A DNA stretch of 64,000 nucleotides from Mobula hypostoma (Eukaryota). The notes under the pieces are model-generated. The model saw only the letters and a list, made by a program, of their open reading frames with translations, was not told where the DNA came from and searched no databases. The stretch is from assembly GCF_963921235.1 (NCBI RefSeq), contig NC_086097.1, positions 44,952,001-45,016,000 on the forward strand, read 5' to 3'. A program made the position numbers and the translations under genes. Positions 35,018-48,436 of this stretch are shown here, piece after piece (the first letter of the stretch is position 1; each line of letters opens with the position of its first letter).

Positions 35018-38000
35018 GTTAGAGGATCAGACAGATGATCCTGAGGACGCAGGAAAGAAACGCGGATGGTAGTTTCCCCACCCCCACCCCCCCCAGGTAC
35101 CAGGGTCCGGGATGTTTCTGATCAGGTCCACGACATCCTGAAGTGGGAAGGTGAACAGCCAGAGGTCGTGGTACATATTGGTACCAATGATACAGGTAGG
35201 AAAAGGGAGGAGGTCCTGAAAACAGACTACTTGGAGCTAGGAAGGAAGTTGAGAAGCAGGACCTCAAAGGTGGTAATCTCAAGATTATTGCCTGTACCGT
35301 GCGATAGTGCATATAGGAATAGAGTGAAGTGGATGATAAATGCGTGGCTGAGGGATTGGAGCAGAGGGCGGGGATTCAGATTTCTGGATCACTGAGACCT
35401 ATTTTGGTGCAGGAGGGACCTGTACAAAAAGGATGGGTTGCACTTGAATCCCGGGGGGACCAATATCCTGACAGGGAGGTTTGCTAAAGCTACTGGGGAG
35501 AGTTTAAACTAGGATTGCTGGGGTTGGGAAATGAACTGAAGAGACGGAGGAAGGGGCAGTTGGCTCACAAATTGAGAAAGCTTGAAGACAGTGTGAGAAG
35601 GAGGATAGGTAGGTGATAGAGAAAGGATACACTCAGACTGATGGCTTGAGATGTGTCTATTTTAATGCAAGGAGTATCATGAACAAAGCAAATGAACTTA
35701 AAGAATGGATCAGTATTTGGAGCTATGATGTTGTGGCCATTACAGAAACTTGGATGGCTCAGGGGCAGGAATGGCTACTTAGAATGCCAGGCTTTACCTG
35801 TTTCAGAAAGGACAGGGAGGGAGGCAAATGAGATGGGGGCGCGGCACTGCTGGTCAGAGATAGTGTCACGGCTGCAGAAAAGGAGGAAGTCATGAAAAGA
35901 TTGTCTACGGAGTCTCTGTGAGTGGAAGTTAGGAACAGGAAGGGGTTAATAACCCTACTGGGTGTTTTTTATAGACCACCCAATAGTAACAGGGACATCA
36001 AGGAGCAGAAAGGGAGACAGATTCTGGAAAGGTGTAATAATAACAGGGTTGTCATGGTGGGAGATTTTAATTTCCCCAATATTGATTGGCATCACCCTAG
36101 AGCAAGGAGTTTAGATGGGGTGGAGCATGTTAGCTGTGTTCAGGAAGGTTTCCTGACACAATATGTAGATAAACCTACCGGAGGAGAGACTGTACTTGAT
36201 CTGGTATTAGGAAAATAACCTGGTCAGGTGTCAGGTCTCTCAGTGGGAGAGCATTTTGGAGATACTGATCATGGTTCTATCTCCTTTACCATAGCATTGG
36301 AGAGGGATAGGAACAGACAAGTTACGAAAGCATTTAATTGAATTAAGGGGAAATATGAAGCTATCAGGCAGGAACTTGGAAGAATAAATTGGGAACAGAT
36401 GTTCTCAGAGAAATGTATGGCAGAAATATGGCAAATATTCAGGAGATATTTGCATGCTGTTCTGCATACGTATGTTCCGATGAGACAGAGAAGAATGGTA
36501 GGGTACAGGAACCCTGGTGTACAGTAAAGGCATCCGCTTGTTTTGTGAGACCATGGATCTGCGCCTGGAAAGTCTTCACTCTCGAGGACGCAGGCCTGGG
36601 CAAGGTTGTATGGAAGACCAGCAGTTGCCCATGCTGCAAGTCTCCCCTCTCCACGACACCAATGTTGTCTAAGGGAAGGGCATTAGGACACATACAGCTT
36701 GGCACCAGGATCATCGCAGGTAATTAAGTGCCTTGCACAAGGACACAAAACATTGCCTCGGCTGGGGCTCGAACTCACAACTTTCAGGTCACTAGTCCAA
36801 TGCCTTAACCACTTGGCCACACGCAGTGTACAAAGGCTATTGAAAATCTAGTCAAGAGGAAAAGGAAAGCTTACATAAGGTTCAAAAAGCTAGGTCATGA
36901 TAGGGATCTAGAAAATTATAAAACTAGCAGGAAGGAGCTTAAGAATGAAATTAGAAGAGCCAGAAGGGGCCATGAGAAGGACTTGGCGAGCAGGATTAAG
37001 GAAACCCCAAGGCATTCTACAAGTATGTGAAGAGCAAGAGGATAAGATGTGAGAGAATAGGACCAAACAAGTGTGACAGTGGAAATTTCTGTATGGAACC
37101 AGAGGAGATAGTGGAGGTGCTTAATGAATACTTTGCTTCAGTATTCACTACGGAAAAGGACCTTGGCGATTGCAGGGATGACTTACAGCACACTGAAAAG
37201 CTCGAGCATACAGACCTTAAGAAAGAGAATGTGCTGGAGCTTTTGGAAAGCATCAAGTTGGATAAGTCACCAGGATGGGAAGAGATATACCCCAGGCTAC
37301 TGTGGGAGGCGAGGGAGGAAATTGCTGAGCCTCTGGCAATGATCTTTGCATCATCAATGGGGACGGGAGAGATTCCAGAGGATTGGAGGGTTGCAGATGT
37401 TGTTCTCTTATTCTAGAAAGGGAGTAGAGATAGCCCTGGAAATTATAGACCAGTGAGTCTCACTTCAGTGGTGGTAAGTTGATGGAGAAGATCCTGAGAG
37501 GCAGGATTTATGAACATTTGGAGAGGCATAATATGATTAGGAATAGTCAACATGGCTTTGTCAAAGGCAGGTTGTGCCTTACTAAGCTGATTAAGTTTTT
37601 TGAGGATGTGACTGAACACAATGATGAAGGTAGAGCAGATGTAGTGTATATGGATTTCAGCAAGGCATTTCATAAGATACCCCATGTAGGGCTTATTGAG
37701 AAAGCAAGGAGGCATGGGATCCAAGGGGACCTTGATTTGTGGATCCAGAATTGGCTTGCCCACAGAAGGCAAAGAGTGGTTGTAGATGGGTCATATTCTG
37801 CATGGAAGTTGGTGACCAGAGGTGTGCCTCAGGGATCTGTTCTGGGACCTCTTCTCTGCATGATTTTTTTAATAAATGACCTGGATGAGGAAGTGGAGGG
37901 ATGGGTTAGTAAATTTGCTGATGACACAAAGGTTGGGGGTGTTGTGGATAGTGTGGAGGGCTGTCAGAGGTTACAGGGGGACATTGATAGGATGCAAAAC

Positions 38001-38821
38001 TGGGCTGAGAAGTGGCAGATGGAGTTCAACCCAGATAAGTGTGAGGTGGTTCATTTTGGTAGGTCAAATAAGATGGCAGAATATAGTATTAATGGTAAGA
38101 CTTTTGACATTGTGGAGGATCAGAGGGATCTTGGGGTCCGTGTCCATAAGACACTCAAAGCTGCTGTGCAGGTTGACCATGAGGTTAAGAAGGCATATGG
38201 TGCATTGGCCTTCATCAACCATGGGATTGAGTTCAAGAGCTGAGAGGTAATGTTACAGCTGTACAGAGCCCTGGTCAGGCCTTGGGAGTACTGCGCTCAG
38301 TTCTGGTCACCTCACTACAGGAAGGATGTAGAAACTATAGAAAGGGTGCAGAGGATATTTACAAGGATGTTGTCTGGATTGGGCAGCATGTCTTACGAGA
38401 ATAGGTTGAGTGAACTTGGCGTTTTCTCCTTGGAGCAATGGAGGATGAGAGGTGACTTGATAGAGATGTAGAAGATGATGAGAGGCATTGGTTGTGTGGA
38501 TAGTCAGAGGCTTTTATCCAGGGCTGAAATGGCTGACACGAGAGGGCACAGTTTTAAGGTGCTTAGAAGTAGGTACAGAGGGGACGTCAGGGGCAAGTTT
38601 TTTTTCGCAGAGAGTTGTGAGTGCATGGAATGGGCTGCCGGCGACTGTGGTGGAGGTGGACACAACAGGGTCTTTTAAGAGGCTCCTGGATAGGTACATG
38701 GAGCTTAGAAAAATAGAGGGCTATGGGTAACCCAAGGTAATTTCTAAAATAAGTACATGTTTGGCACAGTATTGAGGGCTGAAGGGCCTGTATTGTGCTG
38801 TAGGTTTTCTATGTTTCTATG
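35018..38821 (+). mobile_element. Long CR1 LINE: ORF1 esterase end, APE, RT and tail; many stops and frameshifts
   Basis: PEVVVHIGTND (SGNH esterase), CVYFNARSI..VAITETW, GDFNFPNIDW, GVPQGSVLGP..SKFADDTK, tttctatg tail. Confidence 0.95.
36524..36825 (-). mobile_element. SINE of the 29460 family inserted in CR1
   Basis: Reverse complement of the 29460-29767 element; TSD gtgtaca (36517-36523, 36826-36832). Confidence 0.88.
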
Positions 38822-39544
38822 CCTACTAAAGTCCATGTAAACAACATTCCCTACCCTCATCTATCTCCCTCATCACTTTGCTAAAAAAACTCAATCAAGT
38901 TATTTGTTTGGGAATTTATTAAGTACAGTACACAATAGAGTTATAAATTACATCAATCACTTTCTTCAGTATGTGATTAATTCTTGTGATAAATTCACTT
39001 ACTGCTCGCAGTAACAAAGCTGTATGATTTTTTAAAAGAAAAATATTTGAAGAACTGCCCTAATAATCTGATTGGACTAGTATATGTTAGGGGAAAGATG
39101 TCAATACCATAGACACTGGGTAGGCAGACTAGCTTTTGGTACTCAGGTTTCTGACTGCAGAGAATACATATCCTCCCAGCTTTTCTATGTCCTACTATAG
39201 CCATCCTCCTTTTTATTTGAACAGCTTCCCATCTCACGGTACTACAGTCAGTTTCCTGTTCCTTCCATCACCCTGCAATCTCTCCACTTGTCCACAAGGC
39301 TTACAAGAGCCTTGACAACTGCATGTGGAGAGACAGAAGCTCATGTAATAGAACCTTATGATCCCGGTACCTCCCTCACACAAGACACACACGGATGTCC
39401 TTGATCACATGTCAATTTTAAAGTATTTTAATATTTAATGACAAGAGTGTAGCTGCCTCTTGGAGTAAAAAGTCCAGATATGTTGTAGCTTAGATTCCAG
39501 CTCCTCAATATGGAGATGAAGTTCTTTGTGTTGAATGCATTTAT

Positions 39545-40758
39545 AGCACCATAGACCTGTCATTGAAGAACAATTAGGCCATTCAGCTGCTCCCCCATTC
39601 TATCGTGGCTGACATATTATTCCTCTCAATCCCACTCTCCTGCCTTCTCCCTATAACTTTCGATGCCCTGACTAATCAAGAGCTTACTAACCTCTGCTTT
39701 AAATATACTCATTGACTTGGCCTCCACAGCAGTCTGTGGCAATGTATTCCACAGATTCACTACAGCTTAAGAAATCCCTCCTCAACTCTGTTCTAAATGG
39801 ATGTTTCTCTGTTCTGAGGCTGTGACCTCTGTCCTAGACTCATTCACTTGAGGAAACATCCACCCCACATCCACTCTATCCACACCTTTCAATATTCGAT
39901 AGGTTTCAATGAGATCCCCCACATTCTTCTAAGCTCCAGCAAGTACAGGCTCAGAGCCATCAAACACTCCTTATACATTAACTTTTGATTCTGGAATCAT
40001 TCTCGTGAATCTCCTTTGGACGCTTTCCAATGCCAGCATATCTTTCCTTAGATACAGGACCCGGAACTGCTCACAATACTTCGTGTGGTCTGAACAATGC
40101 CTTATAAGCCTCAGCATTACATCCTTGGTCTTATATTCTAGCCCTCTAAAAATGAATGGTAAGTACAATATACTTTAGTAAGCACAATACACAATAGAGT
40201 CATAAATTTCATCAGTCATTTTCTTCAGCATACTTGCCTTACTTACCACTGACTCAACTTGCAAGTTAACCTTTAGGGAATCCTGTACTTCCAGGCCCCT
40301 CCGCACTTCTGAGTTTCTCCCTGCTTAGAAAATAGTCTAACCCTTTATTCCCTCTACCAAAATACATGACCATACACCTCCCTACATTATATTCCATCTG
40401 CCACTTCTTTGCCCATTCTCCCAATCTCCCCAAGTCCTCTGCAGAATCCCTGCATCTTCAACACTACCTGCCCCTCTGCCTGCAAATTTGGCCACAAAAC
40501 CATTAATTCCATCATCCAAATTACTGACATATGACTTGTAAAGAAGCAGTCTCAACACTGACCTCTGTGGAACGCAACTAGTTGCTGCAACCAACCAGCA
40601 AAGGCCCCCTTTATTCCCATTCTTTGCCTCCTACCAGTCAGACAATCATCTATCCATGTTAGTATCTTTCCTGCAATACCTCGGGCTCTGGATAAGCATC
40701 TTCATGTGCGGCACCTTGTCAAAGGCCTTCTCAAAATGCAAGGAAACAACATTCACCG
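39545..40758 (-). mobile_element. CR1 3' part
   Basis: KAFDKVPH, VPQRSVL..VAKFA, LESVQRRFTRMIP. Confidence 0.87.
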
Positions 40759-40762
40759 ACAA

Positions 40763-41155
40763 TGGCGGAACCCAAGTGTGGAGGAAAGGCAGATTCCAAT
40801 GTAGAGGAGGCGACGAGAATTCATTCATAAGAATTCCAACAAAACATCAGTGACTTGGCCAAGCAACACCGCAAGACGTAACATTCTCAAAACTAAGACC
40901 CTGCGATTAGCGCTAATAGGGTATCCATTTAAATAATACAGGTAACAGGGAATCCCTGAGCCTAACAAAATACACTTAAGTTTGTTTAAAATACACAAGC
41001 TGAAACAAAAAACAGCAGGAGACCACATTACAAAGAGCAAGTTCCTTGAAAAAAAAACACAAGGAACTCTAAACAATTAATGAATCTTATTAAACAGCAA
41101 TTAACCAATTGAGATACTCTTAAAAACCTCAAAGCCCACGATTTCCGGCTCCCCA
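40763..41155 (-). mobile_element. Probable solo LTR (~393 bp)
   Basis: TG...CA ends with imperfect inverted termini (tggcggaacc / ggctcccca), near-TSD gacaa/cacaa, tatttaaa TATA-like motif; no coding remnants. Confidence 0.45.
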
Positions 41156-41159
41156 CACA

Positions 41160-41430
41160 AGTCCAAAGAGATTACCACAGCGCAGCTTTGAGTGGGCTTA
41201 CCCTGGCTAGGATCTTCCTCATCTTGGAGGTGGCCAGACAGGGTGCCTGTTCCTCAGGGGAAGAGAGGACTTACCTCGATGACACATCATTTATTGCATC
41301 AAATCGTGTATGGAAGGCATCCACCCTATCAGGAAGAGAGGTGTCATGGTCATTAACTCGTCAGTTGACTTGTAGTCAGTCAGGGTTTGTGTACCTTGCC
41401 ACATGTGCTGCATGTCCCTGGTGTCACAAA
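41160..41430 (-). mobile_element. Rex1-like internal fragment
   Basis: Minus strand LPDRVDAFHTRFDAIND resembles the Rex1 LPDxLNxFYARFD motif. Confidence 0.55.
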
Positions 41431-41562
41431 TTCTATCTCCTACCCTCCAATGATTTTAAATATTCACATAATTCAATTAGCTTACTATTAATCAAATTAT
41501 TTACTTGATTTAGCTTAAGGAGTCAATTAAGCTTCATTGTTAAGATTAAATAATTTGCATAT

Positions 41563-44500
41563 GGGAACCAGTATGATAGAGTTGAGGATGAGCCAGCCAG
41601 ATTTACAAGTAGATGATGTAATATGTAATGTGAATGTAAGGAAGGACAAGCCAATGACTGGGTATAAAGGCAGACAGAGCAAAGGGACCAATGCACCACA
41701 GAGAGAAAATTCAAAAGGGCGAAGAATGCAGGACTGAAGGTGCTGTATTTAAATGCTCGTAGCATTAGGAATAAGATGGACGAACTCGTGGTGCAATTAC
41801 AGATCGGTCGGCACGATGTTGTGGACATCACGGAGTTGTGGCTGAAAGAAGGCCATAGTTGGGAGCTTAACATCAAAATTGGGAGCTACCTTGTATTGAA
41901 AGGACAGGCAGGAAGGCATAGGTGATGATGTGGTTCTGTTGGTAAGAGATGGAATTACATCTTTAGAAAGAGGTGATGCAGGGTTAGGGAACGTTGAATC
42001 TTTGTGGGTGGAGTTAAGAAACAGCAAGGGTTAAAAAAAAACACATTATGGGAATCATATATTGGCCTCCAAATAATAGCTAAGATGTGTGGTTGAGATT
42101 GCGAAGGGAGTTGGAAAAGGCATGTTATAATTGTAATAGGGGACTTCAATATGCAAGGGAATTGGGAAAATCAGGTTGATGTCAGATCGCAATAGAGGGA
42201 ATTTGTTGAATGCCTACGAGATGGCTTTTTAGAGCAGCCTGTGTTGACCCTACTCTGGGAAAGTCTATCTTAGATTGGGTGTTGTGCAGTAACCCTGATC
42301 TTATTAGGGAACTTAATGTAAAGGAATGATTAGGAGGCAGTGATCATAATATGATTGAATTCACATGCAATTTGAGAGAGAGAATCATAAGTCACATGTA
42401 TCATTATTGTAATAGAATAAAAGGGAATTGCAGAGGCATGAGAGAGGAGCTTGCCCAGGTGGATTGGAGGAGGATACTGGCAGGGATGACAGCAGAACAG
42501 AGTTGGCTGAAGTTTCTGGGAATAGCTCACGAGGCACGGGATAGATATGTCCCACAAAAGAAGTTGTTCTCAAATAGCAGGGGTAGGCAACTGCGGCTGA
42601 TAAGGCAAATTACAGATTGCATAAAAGCCAAGGAAAGGGCATAAAAGGTACCAAAAGAGAGTGGGAAGATGGATGATTGGGAAGCTTTTAAAATCCATCA
42701 AAAGGCAACTGAAAAGCTATAAGGGAAAATATGAAATATGAGGGCAACCTAGCCAATAATATAAAGCAGGATACCAAAAGTTTTTTTCAGTTATGTAAAG
42801 AGTATAATGGAGGTGAAAGTTGATATTGGACCACTAGAAAATGATGCTGGTGAGGTAGTAATGGGAGGACAAAGAAATGGCAGATTAATTTAATGAGTAC
42901 TTTGCATCTGCCTTTACTGTGGAAGACACGAGCAATATGCCAGAGGTCTGTTGAGTGCTAGAGAGCAGCAGCGAGTGTCATTATTATTACAAAGGAAAAA
43001 GAGCCAGGTGTCAAAGGTCTTTCTTTTCTTGGCGTGTGCCTGCGTGCGTGCGAGTCTGTGTGTGTGCGTGTGTGTCTGCATGCGCGTCTTTGCATGTGCG
43101 TCTGCGTGTGTGTGTTCGTGATGCTGTCATTTTCATGGCTTTTTACAAGGCGTGGTGAGAGAGAGAGAGAGAGAGAGAGAGACTGTGTGACACGCCACTC
43201 CTCACACAAACATTTTCGCAGTATCTTTCCTTTTATTTTACGAGGTCGAGTTGTGATCTCGACACTCAACCCGGCACGGATGGAAAGCGTACTCGGGAGC
43301 AGACCCAACTGGTTTCAAACCCGGGAACCTCCGCTCCCGGGTCCGGCGCTGATGTCGTTGCACCACCAGCCGGCCCAGGCATCAAAGATCTTAAGGTGGA
43401 TAAGTCACCTGGACCAGATGGACTACATCCCAGAGTCCTGTGAGAGGTTGCTGAAGAATAATGGATGCATTGGTCATGATCTTTCAAGAATCACCTGATT
43501 CTGGCATGGTCCCAGAGGACTAGATGATTGCAAACGTCATTCCATTATTTAAGAAAGGAGAAAAACAAAAGAAAGGAAATTATAGGCCAAGTAGCCTAAC
43601 CTCAGTGGTTGGGAAAGTGTTGGAGTCTATTATTAAGGATGAGGTTTTGGGTATTTGGAGACTAATGATAAAATAAGTCAAAGTCAGCATAGTTTCTGTA
43701 AAGGGAAATCTTGCTTGATAAAACTGTAGAGTTCTTCAAGGAAGTAATAAGCATGGTGGACAAAGGAGAGGCAGTGGATGTTATTTACTTGGATTTCCAG
43801 AAGGCATTTAATAAGCTGCCACACATGAGGCTGCCTAACAAGATAAAATCCTATGGCATTACAGGAAAGGTGATGGCATGGATGGAGGAATGGCTGACAG
43901 GAAGGAGGCACTGCGTGGGAGTAAAAGGCACCTTTTCTGGTTGGCTGCCAGTGACTAGTGGTGTTCCTCAGGAGTCAGTATTGGGATCGCTACCTTTCAC
44001 ATTGTTTGTCAATGATTTGGATAATGGAATTGATGGCTGTGTGGCAATATTTGCAGATGATATGAAGGTAGCTGAGGAAGCAATGCAATTGCAGCAGGAC
44101 TAAGATAAATTGAAAGAGTGGACAAAAGGTGGCAGAAGGAATACAGTGTTGGTAAATGTATGATAATGCATTTTGGGAAAAGGAACAATAGTGCAGACTA
44201 TTATCTTAATGGGAAGAAGGTTCAAACATCAGAGGTGCCAAGGGACTTAAGAGTTCTCCTGCAAGATTCCCAAAGGTTAACTTACAGGTTGAGTCTGTGG
44301 TAAAGAATATTTCAAGGGGAATAGAACAGATAAGCAAGGAGATAATGCTGAGCCTCTATAAGACACTAGACAGGCCACACTTGAAGTATTGTCAACAGTT
44401 TTGGGCCCCATATCTCAGAAAGGATGTGTTGTCATTGGACAGAGTCCAGAGAAGGTTCATATAGATGATTCCAGGAATACAAGAGTTAACAAATGAGGAG

Positions 44501-44893
44501 TGTTTGGCAGCTTTGGGCCTGCACTCGCTGGAAGTCAGAAGACTGTGGGGGGATCTCACTGAAATCTACCAAATGTGAAAGGACTAGATCGGGTGGATGT
44601 GGAGAGAATGTTTCCTATGATGTGGGTATCCCAAACTAGAAAGGGGGGGGGGCGACATTTTAGAACACAGGTGATGAGGAATTTTTTTTAGTCAGGGAGT
44701 GGTGAATCTGTGGATTGCTCTGCCACAGACTGCAGTGGAGGCCAAGTTCATGGGTATATTTAAGGCGGAAAGGAAATGGCGAGAAGGCAGGTGTATGGGC
44801 TTGAGTGGGATCCGGGATCAGCCAGGATGGATTGACGGAGCGGAGCTGATGGACTGAATGGCCTAATTCTGCTCCCTTGTCTTATGGTCTTAT
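41563..44893 (+). mobile_element. CR1 LINE ORF2 (APE+RT), decayed, with SINE insertion
   Basis: LYLNARSIRNKMDEL..ITELWL, YLDFQKAFNKLPH, SGVPQESVLG..FADD, tcttatgg tail. Confidence 0.93.
43022..43376 (-). mobile_element. SINE of the 24769 family
   Basis: Collinear with 24769-25127; 16-bp TSD aggtgtcaaaggtctt / aggcatcaaagatctt. Confidence 0.9.
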
Positions 44894-46464
44894 ATTAGCA
44901 CTCAGTCATTCTAACCACCTCTATTATATGTGATAAGTTCTATAAGTTACTGGTGATAAACATTTGAAATACCAGGCATTGCAACCATATCACCTCACTC
45001 CCAATAGTTTGATACTGTAAGTCAAAACACAGCTTCCTAATAAGTCTAACTGATATTGAAGCAATCCTACAAGGCTGAAACTGACAGCAATAAAGCAATA
45101 GGAATAGCTTTATTCAATGAATGATCACAGTCTAGATTTCATTATTCACATGCAAAATAGGATTAAATTTGCCACATTCTACCCTATTTAAAAGCAGACC
45201 ATAACTCAGGGCTAATGCTCATTTGCAAATGAATCTTGACCTTCACCTGCTTTATGATATTCGACAGCATTCACAGGAATGATAGAGAGACTAAAGAGAC
45301 AATACATGTATAGTTTCACTCATTTCTATGTTCAAATAAATAGCATCAAAATAATATAAAAACAGAAATAATTTTGAAATTAGACAACCACAAAAAGCAC
45401 CAAAAACTATTGCTTACTATGGTCTTGATTGTTAATCCTCTAAGCTACTTGATGCATCTGGTCATCATGTGTGAATGGGATGAAAGTTATTGGGCAAGTC
45501 TTGATCAACGACAGCAGAACACAAAGAAATACTTACTACTTAACCATTACGTTGCTTGGTAGTGGACTTACAAGATGTTCAATAAATAAGTTGAGTAAGT
45601 GTTTACCTTGGGCATTAACTGTCAATATACAAGCCAAACATCTATGAATGAAATAAACTTTCCCTACATTAACACATGGTATATTTAGAAACCATAACTT
45701 CTAAGAAAAATTAACAGACTTTTTTTGCAATCTTGAGATTACCATGTCCAATTACCAAATGAAATAGAATGACTCAAACATCAAGGCACAAATCTCAGAA
45801 TATAAATATGCATTAAAACAAAATGCAAGCACATTTATCTGTGGTGATCTCATTAACAGGAAACATATGTCTAGTACTTAAAATGTCTGGTCTTAAATGA
45901 ACAAGTTTATCACAGATGAAGAAGACATGGAATAGTGCCAGATAATTCAAGGCCAGTTCACAGCTTGCAAGAAAATATAACTAGATCAGATACTCCTTGA
46001 GCATCTTACTTATCAAGTATCTAAATGTGTACTTGAAATTATATAACCTCAAAAGGTTTGGGTAACACAGACACAATGTTGCAAATCATCTCACACTGTA
46101 TTGTAAATTTATGCCATTCTAATACAGATTTTTCCAATGTTCATAACTACACAGATGTGTTCAATATATGCCTTTGCAGAGATTATGAATATGCAGGGTT
46201 GTGGGGTTTTATATCTGTCCTGTACGCATGTCCCGGAGGACAATGCATTAACCAACGTCTCACTGACTGGTCTAAAAATGACTCAGCTGATGGCATTGAC
46301 CATGTGTCAAAGTATCCTTCAGTTATGTTAATGAAGCTCCCTCAGTACACGAATGTCTTGGAGAATATCATTCATTAAAAAAATAGAAAAAAGAGCTGCC
46401 CAAATGATTGTGTACCAATATACTTACATCCGAACCAGAAATATAAGAATTAGAAAAAAACTGG

Positions 46465-46950
46465 ATAAAAGTTGCTGGTGAACGCAGCAGGCCAGGCAGC
46501 GTCTCTAGGAAGAGGTACAGTCGATGTTTCGGGCCAAGACCCTTCGTCAAGACCAACTGAAGGAAGAGTTAGTAAGAGATTTGAAAGTGGAAGGGGGAGG
46601 GGGAGATCCGAAATGATAGGAGAAGACAAGAGGGGAAGGGATGGAGCCAAGAGCTGAACAGGTGATTGGCAAAAGGGATATGAGAGGATCATGGGACAGG
46701 AGGCCTAGGGATAAAGAAAAGGGGTGGGGGGAAAAAAGCCCAGAGGATGGACAAGGGGTATAGTGAGAGGGGCAGAGGGAGAAAAAGGAGAGAGAGAGAA
46801 AGAATGTGTGTATATAAATAAATAAAAAACGGATGGGGTACAAGGGGGAGGTGGGGCATTAGCCGAAGTTTGAGAAGTCAATGTTCATGCCATCAGGTTG
46901 GAGGCTACCCAGACGGAATATAAGGTGTTGTTCCTCCAACCTGAGTGTGG
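46465..46950 (-). mobile_element. Penelope 3' repeat fragment
   Basis: Matches the 13-kb copy; hammerhead at 46518-46559 has CUGA>UUGA. Confidence 0.9.
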
Positions 46951-46951
46951 T

Positions 46952-47755
46952 TGGAGCTTATATCCTGGGATATCAGCACTGACTCTGGGGAAGGGGATAA
47001 TAGTTACAGTCAGGTGGGACCAGTTCTGATGTTCTAGTGATGGTGTCTGCTGCTGCTATTGGGAAGCACTTAAACTAGAATGGAAGAGGGTTGAGAACCT
47101 AAGCAGGATGATTATGGAGAGAGAAACAAAGGCAAAAACAAAAGAAATAAGTGCAGAATATGATAGCAGAATGCATGGAACTAAAGGGCACAAAGCAACT
47201 TGGGCCACAATATTTTAAAAAAAAGGGAAAATGATTAAAATGGTAAAAAGGCAGATCTAAAGCTTGTGTATCCTAAACCATGCAGCCTTTAACTAACAAA
47301 GACTAGCATGAGCATGTACGATCAGTCAGACATTATGGAGACACAACTGCAAGAGGTTCAACATTAAAACTTAATATTCAGGGTTGTTTGACTTTTAGTA
47401 AGTATAGGTATGGAAAAACAATTCTAATGGAGTACCACTATTAATAAGATACAGTATGACATAAGGACTGTTATCGGATATGATCTTGGCTCAGAAAATA
47501 TTAAGTAAATCTGTGTGGTTAACAACAGCAAGGAAAAATAAAACACTGATAGGAATCATGTACAGACTCCCAATGAGTGGTAGCACTGTAGGAAGAAGAT
47601 ACAAATAATCCGGAAGCAGAGGAATAATTATGGGGCACTTTGATCTTTATGTAATTTGGGTAAATCGTGCTGGAAAAGATAGCTAAGAGAATGAATTCGC
47701 TGAGAACATCCGGGATAATCTCCTTGAGCAATGTCATGGAGCCATCCAGGAAGCC
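46952..47755 (+). mobile_element. Ancient CR1 ORF1-end/APE fragment
   Basis: Residual motifs gggaccagt..aaactagaatgg, cattatggagacacaactgcaa, aattatggggcactttgatct. Confidence 0.45.
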
Positions 47756-48436
47756 TCGAAAGAAATGTTTTGGAAAAATTTGCACTATCATCTACCAGGC
47801 ACTTCAACCAAACATCAGAAATCAAGAATTATGTCACATTGGACAGGAAGTGCTGCAAAATGTTGGTTACCCTCTATCAGATTGATCAGAAATCCTGAAA
47901 GTTCTACACTTGAGTCATCAGTTGTTGATTCTTGCTCACCCTTTTACAAATCAGGCCTCCTGGTTCCCACACTCCCTTTATGACACAGGATTCTTAATCC
48001 CCATGTTCTGATTAAATTCACTGTCTTCTGATGGTCACATCGCCTTTGAACTCATACCAGCTCTGTTTCCCACATTCACCTTAAACCCGATAACATCACC
48101 AGAGAAGTTATTATACTATGTTGTAACATCTAAAAAAAGAGCGACTTAAGGATGTGTTGAAATATCAATTAGTATCCAATAACTGTGAATATTTGCCAGT
48201 CCAGCACCATCCATAGTGTGAAATTAATCACGTTTTAATATCGTGAGTTTGGATCGATAACCACACAGCAAACAAACAGAACGTTAAAGTGCCATCTTAT
48301 GATAGTTCCTTCTTTTACTTCATCAACTTTATTTTTTGAAAGTTACTCTGTAATTTTAAAGAACTCAATTATAAAAATCTCAGAAGAAAAATAATAATCT
48401 GAGATTGTGTCCTTTTTCATTAGACTGAACTGCAAT

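Noticed and set aside
39003..39154. Possible minus-strand exon (tctctgcAG ... GTAAGT) with one open frame
   Set aside because: Peptide unrecognisable and low in complexity; splice-like motifs are expected by chance
46058..46378. 106-aa ORF in unique sequence
   Set aside because: No recognisable domain, non-ATG start, no convincing splice signals
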